DNA of 64,000 nt from Paraphysomonas bandaiensis (GCA_965644295.1 CBFFRP010000394.1:162182-226181); one strand, 5' to 3'; shown: positions 47,374 through 60,590, counted from the first letter of the stretch. A program made the numbers and translations. The notes: generated by a model not told the origin, from the letters alone.

Positions 47374-48050
47374 GACTATTAGCAGTACTTAGATAGACCG
47401 CTATACTCCTATACCACTATACAGTTATGGATACAATTATATATGTACCACTTAATTTATACACACACTAATCTCTTATCATATTCACAAGAATTGTAGG
47501 TACCACTCATCAATTTTGTAATATGTAGAGGAGAAACGAGAATGAACTGCAGGAATATGCAGCAGTAACTAATTAATTAAATGAAACTTAAGGTGCAGTG
47601 GATATGTACAAACATACTGCTGCATATATATACAGTCCATCTCCTACGTCCCTTATAGGAAGCATATATTCAAAGGAGAAGAATTCAAAAACAGAAAATT
47701 TCTACGAAAATAAAATTACATCATCACAAAAAGCATATAATTTACAAGTATTCATCTCTATTTTTATATTTTACGGGCACAAAATTGTACGAATTACAAA
47801 AATGTATAAAAATATATTCCAAAAAAACTCTGTGTACAGGAGTGACCAGCTAGAAGTACAGTACGTAGTTTTCGAATCCACAGGACATGAGGAGCAGCAC
47901 AATACATTCAATTTTCAAAATAATTTGGCACATATACATGCGTCTAGATATATGCACATATAAGCCGCCATAGTTGTGTGTTTCTTATACATTAAACATA
48001 TTGAGTAAGGATATCCTCAGATACTTCTTACTATTTGTGTAAATAGCTGT

Positions 48051-49281
48051 ATGGATCGCTACCAGAAGATTGAGAAGGATGGGAGCAACTCTGGGGAGGG
48101 CACTTACGGAATTGTCTATAAGGCAAAAAATAAGTTAACAGGAAAGATGGTTGCTCTAAAGGTACTTCATTCAAATACAAATGAAATTATTGATATGTGT
48201 GATTGGTGATAGAAAATTAAACACGCAATGTCTGAAGAGGGAATACCCAGTACGTCTCTGAGGGAAATTGCAGTTTTGAAGCATTTACAGCATCCGAACA
48301 TCGTCAAGTAGGGTTGTGGATATGAAATAATACTGAATATTTAACTTGTATCTAGGTTGATAGAGTTCATCGTTAGCGAAGGAAAATTATATCTTGTGTT
48401 TGAGCATGTAGACAAGGATTTGAAGAAGTATATGGCAGGTATGCAGCATACTGCATATTATTTTGCCTGTCGAGCTAAGTTAATCTGCAGCTGTGAGTGG
48501 ACCACTTGATCCCAAGTTGATTCAAGTACGTGTGTATTTGATTTTAATACTGTTACCTTATGTTTGTATTGGTAGTCATATGCTCATCAACTGATAGAAG
48601 GAGTAAATTATTGTCACCTCCATGGTGTCATGCATCGGTACCTATTAAACTCCTGCGCTCTTTACGCATCTCACTGCAAATATTCAGGGATTTGAAGCCA
48701 CAAAATATTCTTGTATCAAGAGATGGTAAGCTCAAGCTTGCTGATTTTGGACTCGCTCGTGCATTCGTGCCACCGATTCGCCCCTTCACCCACGAGGTTG
48801 TTACTCTATGGTATCGCTCTCCAGAGATCCTTCTCGGAATGAAGGCCTATGCCCTCCCAATGGATATGTGGGCCGTTGGTGCGATAATTGCTGAAATGTC
48901 AACAAAGCGACCGCTCTTTCCTGGCGACTCAGAAATTGATGAACTCTTCAAGATATTCAGGTGGATTTTGCGTTCTACTCGAAATGTTTACCATGAACTC
49001 AATGTATATGTATGTTAGAATCCTAGGAACGCCATCTGAAAAGACGTGGCCAGGAGTCACAAACTTACAGGACTGGAATGAGGCATTTCCAGTGTGGCCT
49101 GAGTTGAAGTTGCAAAGGTTTATTCCCCGCATGTGCGAGGAGGGTGTCGACCTAGTAAAGGTATGTTGAATATTGTAGCTGTATAATGGCTAATTTGCTT
49201 TAGAAACTGCTGAATATGGATCCGAAACATCGCCTTTCTGCTAATGAAGCACTCCAACACCCCTATATCAGCGAACTTTAG
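48051..49281 (+). CDS. CDKA: Cyclin-dependent kinase, CDK1/CDKA family (stramenopile CDKA2-like), multi-exon
   Basis: [20 protein letters not shown]; PSTSLREI; HRDLKPQN; DFGLARAF; [10 protein letters not shown]; [16 protein letters not shown]. Confidence 0.93.
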
Positions 49282-49845
49282 TTTTCTACATCACACTCCG
49301 CAGTGTAACGTCATAGTTTGGAATCGAAAATAGAGAGTGTTGTATATGAGTGTGTGTACTATTTATATACTAACGCACTCGAATGAAATCAAGAAAATTG
49401 TTGTCCATGTGGTCTGCAATCAGCATCATGTGTTGAAGTATAATTGATTATTAATAATAATAAAGAAGCACTTTATGTACTAACTCTTTTGGCGTTTGGT
49501 ATGTTTTAAAAGTATATATATGAGCAAAGTATAAAAGTTCAAGCAGAAAATATTCAGTACAAGTTCACAAGAGCGAGGATAATGAGGAACGCTTGTTATC
49601 TGCAAAGAGCATGACAGAAAAGTCCTATGGTCTATGTTGTATCTAATAAGTTTAGTAGCGTACATTCCCCCAGCGGCACTATATCTAGGATCAAAATAAG
49701 CTATTAAATGGCCACGAAGAGAAGTGTAGACTGGTATGCACAAAACTGTATGGTAGGTGGTAGGTAATATGCCTCTTTGCAAAATTATCTCATTACTCTT
49801 AACAAATTCAAAATGATTAGAATACTCCACACAGTACCGACATTA

Positions 49846-51598
49846 CTATTGGTTTACTATTGGCTTGGACTTCTTTCGCGTCTGAAAAACTGTATAAGTA
49901 TACATTCATATGATCACTTGCACATACCTTCCTCCAAATATGAGAAGTCCCATCCCATGTCAGCACTATTGAATCGGTTGCCCGAATTTTTTGTTGCTTG
50001 TCGTTCACCTAATTCCATAATTATCGTCGCTAAAATAAGCATCACTTATACACAAACCATGTCCTTTGTGCATAACTTGAATTTTTGCTCACGAGGTGGA
50101 GCAGCAACGCCGTCATCCATTTTAGAATTCTGCGTTTTTGATCGCTCATATTCAACTAAAACCTTGTTACAAGAGACGATCGTGCCAAGAATATCGAGCT
50201 ACCTTTGTGGAGAAAGAAATCAATAATTCGCTGCTTGTCGTTAGTCGACAATAATACGCCCTCATTCAAAAGAGAGGACACAAACGTTCCATTCTCAGTG
50301 TCAGACAGGGCTGAAGGAAGAGATATATCATTTGTCGACACAATAGCAGAGTTTGGTGGTGCAGTATCTGTAGATCCATTTTCAGCAGTGGAGCTCTTCT
50401 GCGTATCCTCACGATCACCTATTACATCTGATGGTGCAACAGCTGTTGTCTTTTTTTCTGGAGAAGTCTTATGTTGTGTGTCACTGTTAGTTGTAGTGGA
50501 CGAAGGCGGTTCATTTGTCGTTTCACTACTAGAAATAGAGCTATCTTGAGAGCCACCGCCACTGGCCTCAGCACTAGTCGAAGACTTAGTGCTTTTGCCT
50601 GCGAAATATGTCAAACACACAATCTGATTCGCACGCTACCGTACTTCGTTTAGACATTGTTGTGTCCACTTCACGGTGCTGACGCTTCTTCTCCAGCTCC
50701 ATTATCTACGAGAACGTCTGATAAGGACAAAATTTAGAACCTTCACACACGCACTTTTGAGTCCGATAACACTTTGACACTGCGTTTCGCTACAGTTCCC
50801 TGTTGCAAGGCCGCCTTCATAGATGGCATACCGCGAAGCATGGAAGTGGAGACTGGCTTGCTACCGAAAGGTGATGAAGTGACTGATGATTTCGGCATAA
50901 GGGACGGTTTGGTGCTTCTAACAGTTTCAGCTGCTCTTTTCTCTTCCAACTGTTGGTGATGACGAGCAATAAAATCAGGAGCTTTACCGGTGAAACAAAA
51001 ATGAGAATTGCGATATAAGTCCGTGGGGGTTGTTTCCACTACTGAAGGCGACAAATAGGTATCCTCTAAAGGCTGAAAAGTATGAAAATAATCCAATGAT
51101 GACGGTTGTATTGTGTTCGGAAGGCCAGATTGAATACTAGACACAGTATCTGCAAGTATTGATTTCAATTGAGATTCAATTTCGGTGTCTGGGGAATCAA
51201 ATATCTGTCGGTGCACCAGTCCAGCAACAACGGTTATCCACTGGGGGGAAATTAATATTTATATAGTAATAATACGATAAGAAAAAATGACCTCGTCTCT
51301 GTCTTCACTCGCTGTTGCAAGTAAGCGTTTGATGGGTGCGGCAAACGATGATCTCCGTGTTTTCTCCACCCCAATAAGCGAGATGAGGATTTTCATCTGC
51401 ACACATCAGTCCAGTTATATATACTCAGAGCTTTAACCACTATGCATATATAGATACCTTCGTCTTTTTGTCAAACTTACTGAAGTTACTTCTAATTCTG
51501 TCTACTTCTGTGGCAGTGATAGAATTCGATAGCAAATGAGAGGTCCAATTAGACTTCAATTTCTTTTCTGTGGTAAGCACGAAAGCGTCCAGATCCAT
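49846..51598 (-). CDS. NELFA: Negative elongation factor A (NELF-A)-like protein, multi-exon
   Basis: N-terminal W...L...I...VDRIRSNF..F....KMKILIS; DEWITVVAGL; FQPLEDTYL; SHF; low-complexity middle; C-terminal DKQRIIDFF...FKL...W...WRKTRKKSKP, parallel to metazoan NELF-A motifs. Confidence 0.65.
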
Positions 51599-53275
51599 AT
51601 TATATATATGTATATATATGTATGTATGTGTATGTATATATGAACAGATGTATATATACGGCTCAAATATGGGCTACAATGTGATAAAATTTAAAACATA
51701 TAGCACGACATACAATCAAATCGCTGATGCAGTATATGCTACTTGTGTTTATCAGAGAGCTTAAAGTGTCCATCATCTCTGCTGGTTGCTGGTGTTACTC
51801 ATACTGCTGTACATACTCATACTTCCTACTCTATGTAGGCGCGACAGTATACATATATACGGTATATACAATATGTATACGTACATCATCATTCAGTGTG
51901 TGTACGAAGTGGTAGGAATTTCTACAGTAGTTTACTGGTATACGGCGTACTGCTGAGGATATGGAGCCATATATAGCTGTGTGTAGAAGCCAATAGATAT
52001 CATTTGCTCGTACATGATCTCCATATGACTTAGGGCCGTGGATGAGTATGTCGTGCTGATATTAACCGTAGATTGAGATCTACTGTGTGCCGGTAGATAG
52101 GTATAGGAGTTACCTTCAGTCGATGTGGTCTTATATATATTCGAGATGTGACTAAAAAGGACTGCATAGGTATCACTAATAAGTGATGTATACTCACTGG
52201 ACTATTACATCAAAATAGAGAAGACTGAGTGATGAATGAGCAAGAAAATAAGCGTATTCTGATTGACATACACAAGAACTCATATGTTTGCCTTCGAAAT
52301 ATAGACACCACTGTATAGTTCCACTGGCCGATATCTAACGCATTGGGTTGAAAGTTATAAATTATCAGTAGCAGACTTCAATCACACCTTAAAGCTACAA
52401 CTGTTTTATATTCTGTAATTTGACCTTTGTATAAGATTAATATGTAGATATGAAACCATTACAGTTTACGGTTATGTGTCTACGTGTCTACTTGAATAGA
52501 TGTCACATCAGTTCTTAATATGCACCATTTTTAGCCATATAATATACTTATTATGTCACATCTGTAATTTAATTCTACTTCAGAGTTATTAATCTGCCTC
52601 ATTAATTGCGTATAAGTAAGATTTATATTTAGTCTTAGTATTAATGAAAGATACACTTCGTATTATTAGAAGATAGAGAGTATATAGTAAACTTCACATG
52701 AAGGATAACGTTTAATAGTATAATAGCAAGGCAGGTTTGAACAGGGCGTTAGCACCACACACATTTGTGTATCTTGTACAGTAGCGTATCTTATATAAGT
52801 CTGGTAAGTATTCAGTTAATTGGTAAGTTGAACTATAAGAAGCCCTGCTACATCGCAACTCTCAAGACAACACAATACATAAAAATCGTAAAATATTTCA
52901 TGTTTATTATTTTCGATGTGCAACGTAAGTTAGACACTTGGATTTTTCGTAAATGTAATCAGCACAAAGATACAGCCATCACAAGCTGCATTGTGGTCGG
53001 TTCGAGATTGCATCAAAGTAAACAACTTGACGAACTCTACTATGCAGGGTATGAAGTTATGGGTAATAATGATGACACTATAAATAATTCGTATGTACTA
53101 GAAACATATATCGCATTTTTTCCAGCAATGGGTCAATATACAGGTTCCTAGCGCCCAGTATACATCAACAACCACATTCCAGTCGCGTAGTTTCCCTAAT
53201 GGGTACAGTCCACTTTAAGATCTACGGGAAGCACTGCATGGATAAACGCTTCACTTTCACAGCTACAACTACACG

Positions 53276-55618
53276 TTACTCCCACAGCGCATCATCCATG
53301 GCAGCTTGGTTCCACAGTCTATTCACCAAAGATACCGCAAATAGGTTAGGACCATCCAGGTACTCAAGACAGCGCAGTGCAGTTAGTTTGGTTGTTCGGG
53401 GGTACTTGGGACCAAAGAAAGGGTACCTCGGCTCGCGGGAATCCTCAAAACTCACTCGTCGTTTCTTGAGTGGTGGTGGAGAGGACTCCTCGGACTCACA
53501 ACTATCGCCTACTAACTCTTCTTCAGGAACGGTTGAAGCGGTCGAACTAACTGGGGAATTTTCAGACACAGGCGGCTCTTCCGACTGGCCAGGAGAAGTA
53601 GAAGTTATATGAGAGCCAGATGTGGGGCTATCCGTCGAAGGGCCGGATCCTATAACAGTTTACTTTACATCATTCCATACAATGGAGTGAATATTGACTC
53701 ACCTTGGTTGCGACTTCCCTGCAGATCTTTTCGTAGTTTTCCTCCTCGCTCTCCGGCAGGAGCGCTGCCAGGGCCGGGGGTACATCGGCGACTACGGGCT
53801 TTAAAGGGAGTATTGGCAGACGACGGTGTGACCGTGGTGGGGTTCTTTTCGTGAGATGCGGCACCGACACTTCCAGGGTCAGATTTCTGAATAGCGCGTT
53901 CAAATTTTTCGCGGAGGGCATTTCTAGCATCAATTAATTTCTAGATAGAAATGTCAGAACTCAAATATCAATGCAAATAAATATATACATGCACAATGCA
54001 TACCGTTGATCCTGAGTAGTTTTCACACGACTGGCATTTGCAGTTTGTCCCACAATATACCGCCCCCTCAAAGCACTCACAGTATTTCTTCAGGCACTGA
54101 CTACGTTTGCAATTGCACCCCGCTAGGTGACCTTTTTTCTCATTCACCTTCGAGTGGAATGCCGTAGGGTTGCGTTCTTTCGTTGCTTGTATAGCTTCAC
54201 TTCGAACCTGAGAACGTTGAAATATTACAGCAATGTAATACATCAAAAGTAGACAATTTTGGTCACGCTAAACTAAATTTATGCACTCACGGTAATGCAC
54301 TAACCTTGTCATGCTCCTTGCAATTGTTGCAATCGATACAATTACAGGCACCACAGTACCTTAGCGCCGCGAAACACTCACAATACCTAGGATTACAATG
54401 AGCCATTGAAAACAACAACATATTTAATATACACTTCACTGCCATATTGATAAGATGTTGCAGATAACACCATTTAATGTGGTTGATGAACTTACAATTT
54501 TAGACACTTCGACTTCTTGCAATTACACCGACTTTTTGTGTCCATTGGAGACATATTCGCCGGCTGTTTGGCCTTGCTGAGCACAGCTGGGCTGGAGAAT
54601 TTGAGGTGTCCTTTTTTTCCGGGTGTTATTTGACTGTTCTTTGTGGAGGCTGTCTTCGATGCAGGAGGTGGCGGCAGGGCAGTGGGCGGAGTGCCCTTTC
54701 CGTGAGGAGGGAGGACACTCGATATATTAGACTGCGTTAAAAGTGGCCGGAGAGATGGCGAAAGCTCGAGTGAAGTAGTACCTAGAAGCCCGCCTGTCTT
54801 ACTGGCCCCTCCATCTCCAGGACTGCTCCCAAGTCGTAAGTGCATATCCTCACCTAATAGCGAGTCGTCGAAACTCTGCTCACTCACAGTGTCAAGATCC
54901 ATACGATGTGTTTTGGTTGCATCAGTAGGTCCGGTGAGGTGTGGAAAAATTCCTTGTGAAGAGTTTCCTCGCTGACTATCAACTTGCTGAAACTTCGGCA
55001 TGCTATATTTACTGTATTAATGATAATAATATAAAAGAGGAAAACGATTGTTCAGTGCGTGGTACAATAGATGACACAACACATCACCCACAATGAATAC
55101 ACTTTGATACAATATACATGTGCCAAAGCCAATAACTTACAATAACCCTTCCCCATCAGTAGCAGAAGACTCAAGAATCGAGTCAGTATCTAAGAAATCG
55201 CTTTCCAGTAATTTATCCATTTTATGCGGCTTAAGAGATTTATTGAAAGGAGAAAATAAAGATGGTGAAAACAATGAATACTGATCTCGTTGAATTCGAC
55301 TAGAAGACTGTGGACTTGAATGGTCATTCTGAAATTTCAGTCGTGGAGAAGAAAATGACACTCCGGGAGAAAAATCAACCAAAGAAAACGACAGCGAATT
55401 GCCGTCTGGACTAAGAGCAACTAGATTAGAAAATGGAGATGAGCACCATGATTTAGTGGTTGACAGGACGCCACTTTTAGATGGTGATTCTGCGACTAAA
55501 GATATATGAGGATAGAGTTATATATAGAGGGATGGGAGTCACCTTGAGGGCATGGGCTCTCTGTACGGAATTTAGGGGCCACATCGGCTTTGCCACTTTG
55601 ATTCGGTGCAGATGACAT
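53276..55618 (-). CDS. Tesmin/TSO1/LIN54-like tandem CXC (CRC) protein with C-terminal F-box-like motif, multi-exon
   Basis: RCNCKKSKCLKLYCECFAA...C.C.DC.N; RNPTAF linker; GCNCKRSQCLKKYCECF; C-terminal LRCLEYLDGPNLFAVSLVNRLWNQAAMDDALWE. Confidence 0.88.
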
Positions 55619-55789
55619 TGAGTAAGATAATTTCAATTACACATGACACATTTATGGTTAATATTATGACAATAGAGTGGAATGAATTGGATCAATAAGT
55701 AACTAGAAATACAATACACTCTATGCATAGACTTCCTTATCTTCTTGGGCTTATATCATCCAATTGTTGTATATACAAAAAGAAAAAAA

Positions 55790-55890
55790 CATATTGGCGA
55801 TGTTAAATTTTGAATTTGAAATCTTGAACCGCCAACTTGAAAACTGAAAACTGCGGTGATTGGTGCACTTGTTTGGCGAAACTGGCGACT
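55790..55890. promoter_or_regulatory. Cluster of CHR-like (TTTGAA/CTTGAA), E2F-like (TTGGCG) and CCAAT sites
   Basis: TTTGAA at 55809 and 55815; CTTGAA x2; TTGGCG/CGCCAA at ~55795, ~55830, ~55873; ATTGG at ~55859. Confidence 0.5.
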
Positions 55891-56079
55891 GAATACGGTA
55901 TCGTATTACTAGATATTATCAGACTACAGCTCACTTCCCGTACCGGATCTAACTATTTTGCAATCTACCCGTAACGGATCTCGTTCCTCTGTTTAATGCG
56001 CTATCACAATCCAGTGCCCTCTCATCAACTCCCTCAATCACTGCATAAGATCTCTCTACGCCTCTAATTAATGTAGAGA

Positions 56080-58467
56080 ATGATGGTAACGGTAACGGGA
56101 TATACATTTCGACTTCTTCTTCAGATTGTGTGCTTATTATGCTGCATAATAACCACTGGATCTGTGCGGTTAAAGATATTGACTCCCACTAATCACTCCA
56201 TTACATCATCTGTTGTTAAATTGAGTGCTCAGATTGATATCTCACCTGATTATGACTATAGTGTGTTAGATTCCATAGCTCTCTGTCTGCAGTATGAGAG
56301 CAATGATGTATGTGTCTCTGTAAATGCGCTCACTTTTAGGGCCTTTTTACTGCTTTCTCATAGTCACTTATCAACGACTGTTGCTGTTGCGCTGTGCAGA
56401 ATTGATGGAGACGTAAAGAATCACACAATAGAAGATTGTCATAACAGTCCTGTGATGTATGACAGCACCACGATATTGTTATATGCACCTGATGTGAAGT
56501 TGTCATCGCTTATAGTGGAGAGTGCATCTCTATTTGAGAATCGCGAATATATTGCCCCACAATCACGTCCAGCTGGTCTGATGATATCATTTTCTTCTTC
56601 TCCGTCAACACTCGCCTTTGTACTGGGTATGACGAGCGACGTGTTCGCGCTCATGCCTAACCGTAAAGATTGTGCTCATATATCAGCTGCTTCGATTTCG
56701 TGTTGTTCACTGGCTACTCCATATCCTTGCATGCCGGTGGTTGTAGACTTTGCAGTAATATTTATCGACTCATCTCCCGTATCTGAAAATCACATGGGAG
56801 TGGTGACGAGATTTCTCAAACGAGTTCATGGAAAATTAGTAATTGTCTCTTCATTGTCGCCACGAGATACAATACAACTCCTTCCATCTACATTCACCTC
56901 GAAACTACGTTTTTATTTGATATCGAATATTCCCAATGATCTTATGATGCCACATTTTGATACTTATATTACTTCTGATCTGTCGAATATTTGGTCAACT
57001 GGAATTAGGTCGTCATCTGTTTCTTCTCTGTATGTGTCGGAATTAGCTTCATCTGCTTCGTTCTCATTCAATCATGGCATTAATATCGCAACACTACGTA
57101 ATGTGTGTGTTCTTCCGAATCTTACATCTATTCTACTGGTCCGTCCACCTGATTCTGATCCGATCCTTTCTCCATCTTTGAAGCATACTCTTAACCAGTG
57201 GAACTCGGGGTTCTTTTCCACAGATGAGATTGGTGGATGGAAATTCATCGAGTCGACCCCAGACGACATGAAAAGGAGTATTGAATATTCTAAGCCAGCG
57301 ACTTATGTATCTGGAGTATCCGTTGGATTCTCTCCTCCATTCTATCCTCATATTGGGCACTTATGTCAAACTCTATTTAACCTTATTCACGCAGCTTCAC
57401 ATGTAGACCTGTACCCCTGGATTACTCGTATGTCTAATTTATTTTTTCCAACTGTGTCTCGACATGATGATAGCTGGACCCAGAGTATAGTATCTCATGT
57501 TTTATTGTTCGTGTCGGAAACCACCAAACAGTCAAATCATAATGAGAAGGGGTCATACATATCTCCTGTTGTTTATCACCGTGAAGATATGGCTCCGATG
57601 TTTTTGACTAAATCCAATAATGACAAATCGGTGATATGTTTCGAAGAACTTATTCTGTGTGGAACAATGGAGCTTTCCATGCCCCTGCTTTCATCACACG
57701 ATGAAGCAGCTGCCTTCCGGGAATTTGTATATAGCATCCATGGACTTTCTTTCTCAAGTAGAACTGATTTTAAGTTGCACGACAGCATTGAAGCACCACG
57801 GCATGGCTCGATGAAGGAAGACACTTATGTGCCGCCTGGGACGCAATATATTAATTTCGACGGGAACGTATCTGATCGCGCTAAGATACCCACGAAAAAC
57901 CGTTTATGGCCTCTAAAAAATCCAATAAAACTCACGCTGTTGTTGCGTAGCTATAACAGATGGATTCTTAATCTTGCAGAAATGATTGAAATGATTCGAG
58001 CCACGGGGGTTATAGATATGGAATGGTTAGAGAGCCACATAATTCTTTTAAATGATATGCCTTTTTCAGAACAGGTTGCCATAATGAGAGAAACGGATAT
58101 ATTGCTCTCACCACATGATGCGGGGCTGATGAATATGGTATTCCTTGCCCCCCATTCAGCAGTAATAGAAGTACACACGTCGCCTTGGTATGAGCTAAGC
58201 AACCAAGGTACTGCTCTGGCTTCGCAACTTCATTATTTTGTTGTACCTCAAACTGAGCCGAACCGCAGTGCTAGATGCGAATATCCTCCTGAATGTTTGG
58301 ATATGAACTATCAGGATAGGGAGGATTTCAGGTGCCTAGGAATTCGTGGGTGTAGTGTAGATGTAGATGTGGATGCAGTAGAAGTTTATTTGTGGCAAGC
58401 CATACAAGTGGTAAAAATTATGAAGTGGGGCTTGCATTATAATAGAGTGTATAATGCTCGCCCGTAA
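56080..58467 (+). CDS. Glycosyltransferase family 61 (DUF563/EOGT-like), intronless
   Basis: N-terminal signal/TM; PHIGH; R.ILN..E; MPFSEQVAIMRETDILLSPHDAGLMNMVFL...AVIEV (HGAGL-type motif with G>D). Confidence 0.8.
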   Translation: MMVTVTGYTFRLLLQIVCLLCCIITTGSVRLKILTPTNHSITSSVVKLSAQIDISPDYDYSVLDSIALCLQYESNDVCVSVNALTFRAFLLLSHSHLSTTVAVALCRIDGDVKNHTIEDCHNSPVMYDSTTILLYAPDVKLSSLIVESASLFENREYIAPQSRPAGLMISFSSSPSTLAFVLGMTSDVFALMPNRKDCAHISAASISCCSLATPYPCMPVVVDFAVIFIDSSPVSENHMGVVTRFLKRVHGKLVIVSSLSPRDTIQLLPSTFTSKLRFYLISNIPNDLMMPHFDTYITSDLSNIWSTGIRSSSVSSLYVSELASSASFSFNHGINIATLRNVCVLPNLTSILLVRPPDSDPILSPSLKHTLNQWNSGFFSTDEIGGWKFIESTPDDMKRSIEYSKPATYVSGVSVGFSPPFYPHIGHLCQTLFNLIHAASHVDLYPWITRMSNLFFPTVSRHDDSWTQSIVSHVLLFVSETTKQSNHNEKGSYISPVVYHREDMAPMFLTKSNNDKSVICFEELILCGTMELSMPLLSSHDEAAAFREFVYSIHGLSFSSRTDFKLHDSIEAPRHGSMKEDTYVPPGTQYINFDGNVSDRAKIPTKNRLWPLKNPIKLTLLLRSYNRWILNLAEMIEMIRATGVIDMEWLESHIILLNDMPFSEQVAIMRETDILLSPHDAGLMNMVFLAPHSAVIEVHTSPWYELSNQGTALASQLHYFVVPQTEPNRSARCEYPPECLDMNYQDREDFRCLGIRGCSVDVDVDAVEVYLWQAIQVVKIMKWGLHYNRVYNARP

Positions 58468-59244
58468 TATATTTGTGCCATATAGGTTATGTTTGACTGT
58501 ACGATGTAGAATAAGCATAGATTTAGTGTTACATTAAATTTTGTCTAGCTAAAAGATTATAGGTTTCGAAGAGATTAACTTGTAACTTTTATAATATATT
58601 TTGCAGGCCAAAATTGTAATTTTAATATCTTGAAAAGTATGTATGGTCATGTAGATAGTAGATAGTATCCCCGTAAACAAGCGCTTAATCAGCAGAAAAA
58701 GGTAAAAGCAGAGGAGGCTGGTAGGGTTTTCTTCACAAGAACATACACGAGAGAGAAATCCTTCGGATTTCGAAGTTGTCACTAATAGTAGGAGTCTGAA
58801 TAATTTTTTAAAATAAAAAGGAAGAAATATCCCTTAATGTTCAGCTAACTTTTCAGCCTGATATTTTAATGAACAAAATATAGCAATACATGTATATAAG
58901 ACGTCTATTGCTTTGCAGCGTATACCAACCATTCTAGGGCCCCTAGATGATTTGAAATGCATGGCCGTTTACCTGGCTCGCCGTTTTTTTCCGTTATAAT
59001 GTCAAGTTGTTGTACCAATAAGTTTTTAGCTTAAAGAACACCCAAACTCTATGCACAGTGGCCAGTACACAACAACTCTTTTCGAAGAATCTCCTCAATA
59101 TTGGCACCAATATTATAGCACCAATGCAACAGTATGAGCAAACAAAATCAGTATCCCTATTTTATATTTTTTAAGTAAAAATAAACTTTAGATATCGATA
59201 CTAAACCACTGATGAGAAAAAACGCTAATACAATGCAGAAGTCA

Positions 59245-60166
59245 TTACTTATTCTTATAAGCCCGAAGAGCGTCTTTCAGGGACATTTTGCTGGAAACAG
59301 ATTGTTTACTTCTTTTATTACTCATTTCGTCTTCCTCCTTCCTGGCTTCCTCTATCCTCAGCTTTCGAGCCTTCGCTTCGCATTTCTCCTTCGAGAATGT
59401 CCAGCACTTATATCCTTCAACGAATGGAACGAAGTCTCTCGCTCTGGCGCATTCTTTTACAGCGCGTTGAACGTCAGGATAGTCCCAATCGTCGCCTACT
59501 ATATCAGCTGATGGAAACAACTCAAGTGCAGTGGATATATCATGGAGAACTCCTTCGTAATGGTGACAGGCATCAACGTATATAAGATCCGGCTCTACGC
59601 CAAGTGACTTCAGGATACGTAGAGCTTCGCATCCATCCATTTTCATAGGCACAACACCTTTAAGGGGTTTCGTATCATTGCTCTCTGATAAGTTGCAACG
59701 ATAGGGCCATAAATTGCTCAGGAACTGGTCATAGATAGGGCCGGCGTTTACTATAGCTAGGTTCTCTGCACTCGTATTGTAATGGCTGTCTGCAAGAATC
59801 ACACTGTTGTCCCACAAATCAGCAGCAAATATAACAGCATTTGGAGCTTTCTTGGCAAAATATTCTGCAGATCGACCCAACCATGAGCCCAACTCAACAA
59901 TACAACCTACACAACCAGCATTAAAAACAAAACAATACATGTGTCTGTATTTTATTACGTGTTTCATCTCCAATTAAAAGCTTCAGTACATCTTGGTGTG
60001 ATTGAAAGAACCATCCATGTTTAAGACTGGATCGTCCGGGATTGATATCAGGCCAACCAATCCTCGAGTCGTTAAGAGCCTTTATCTTAGTCACAAGTGA
60101 AGAACTATCTGTCTCCTTATCTTCATTTAATGAATTACTATCAGGTGTCTTGTTATCATTATTCAT
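59245..60166 (-). CDS. Class I SAM-dependent methyltransferase (Methyltransf_24-like), 2 exons
   Basis: HGWF; IVELGSWLGRS; AADLW; PDLIYVDACHHYEGVLHDI; IVGDDW..PDVQRAV. Confidence 0.87.
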
Positions 60167-60590
60167 TGTGTTAGATATATACTTGGGCAGGATATATATA
60201 CATATATAGTAATTGATGAGTGCCCTTATAATGACAGGGAGATAATCCCCCTGTGTATATACAGCAGTACCAAGTACTTGTATAAAACCCTAGGCTTTTG
60301 TATGTACATTTTTGGTTGTTTTTAATTACAGTCATAACAAAAAAGATGGGTTTTTAAATAGAAAACAAGACTATTCCAAACTTTTCCTGAAAGATTATAC
60401 GGTACACCAGATCTCCACTATATATAGCATACTCTGTATATGTACTGTACAGTATATATATACACACCGCACGTTCGTATGTTCGTATGGATGTCTCCAT
60501 ATGTTCTCTATGTACAATGCACATGCCATTCCTGTGAGTCCTAAAGCACATCATAAGAACAACAATATCATAATCTGATCACATATTCAT

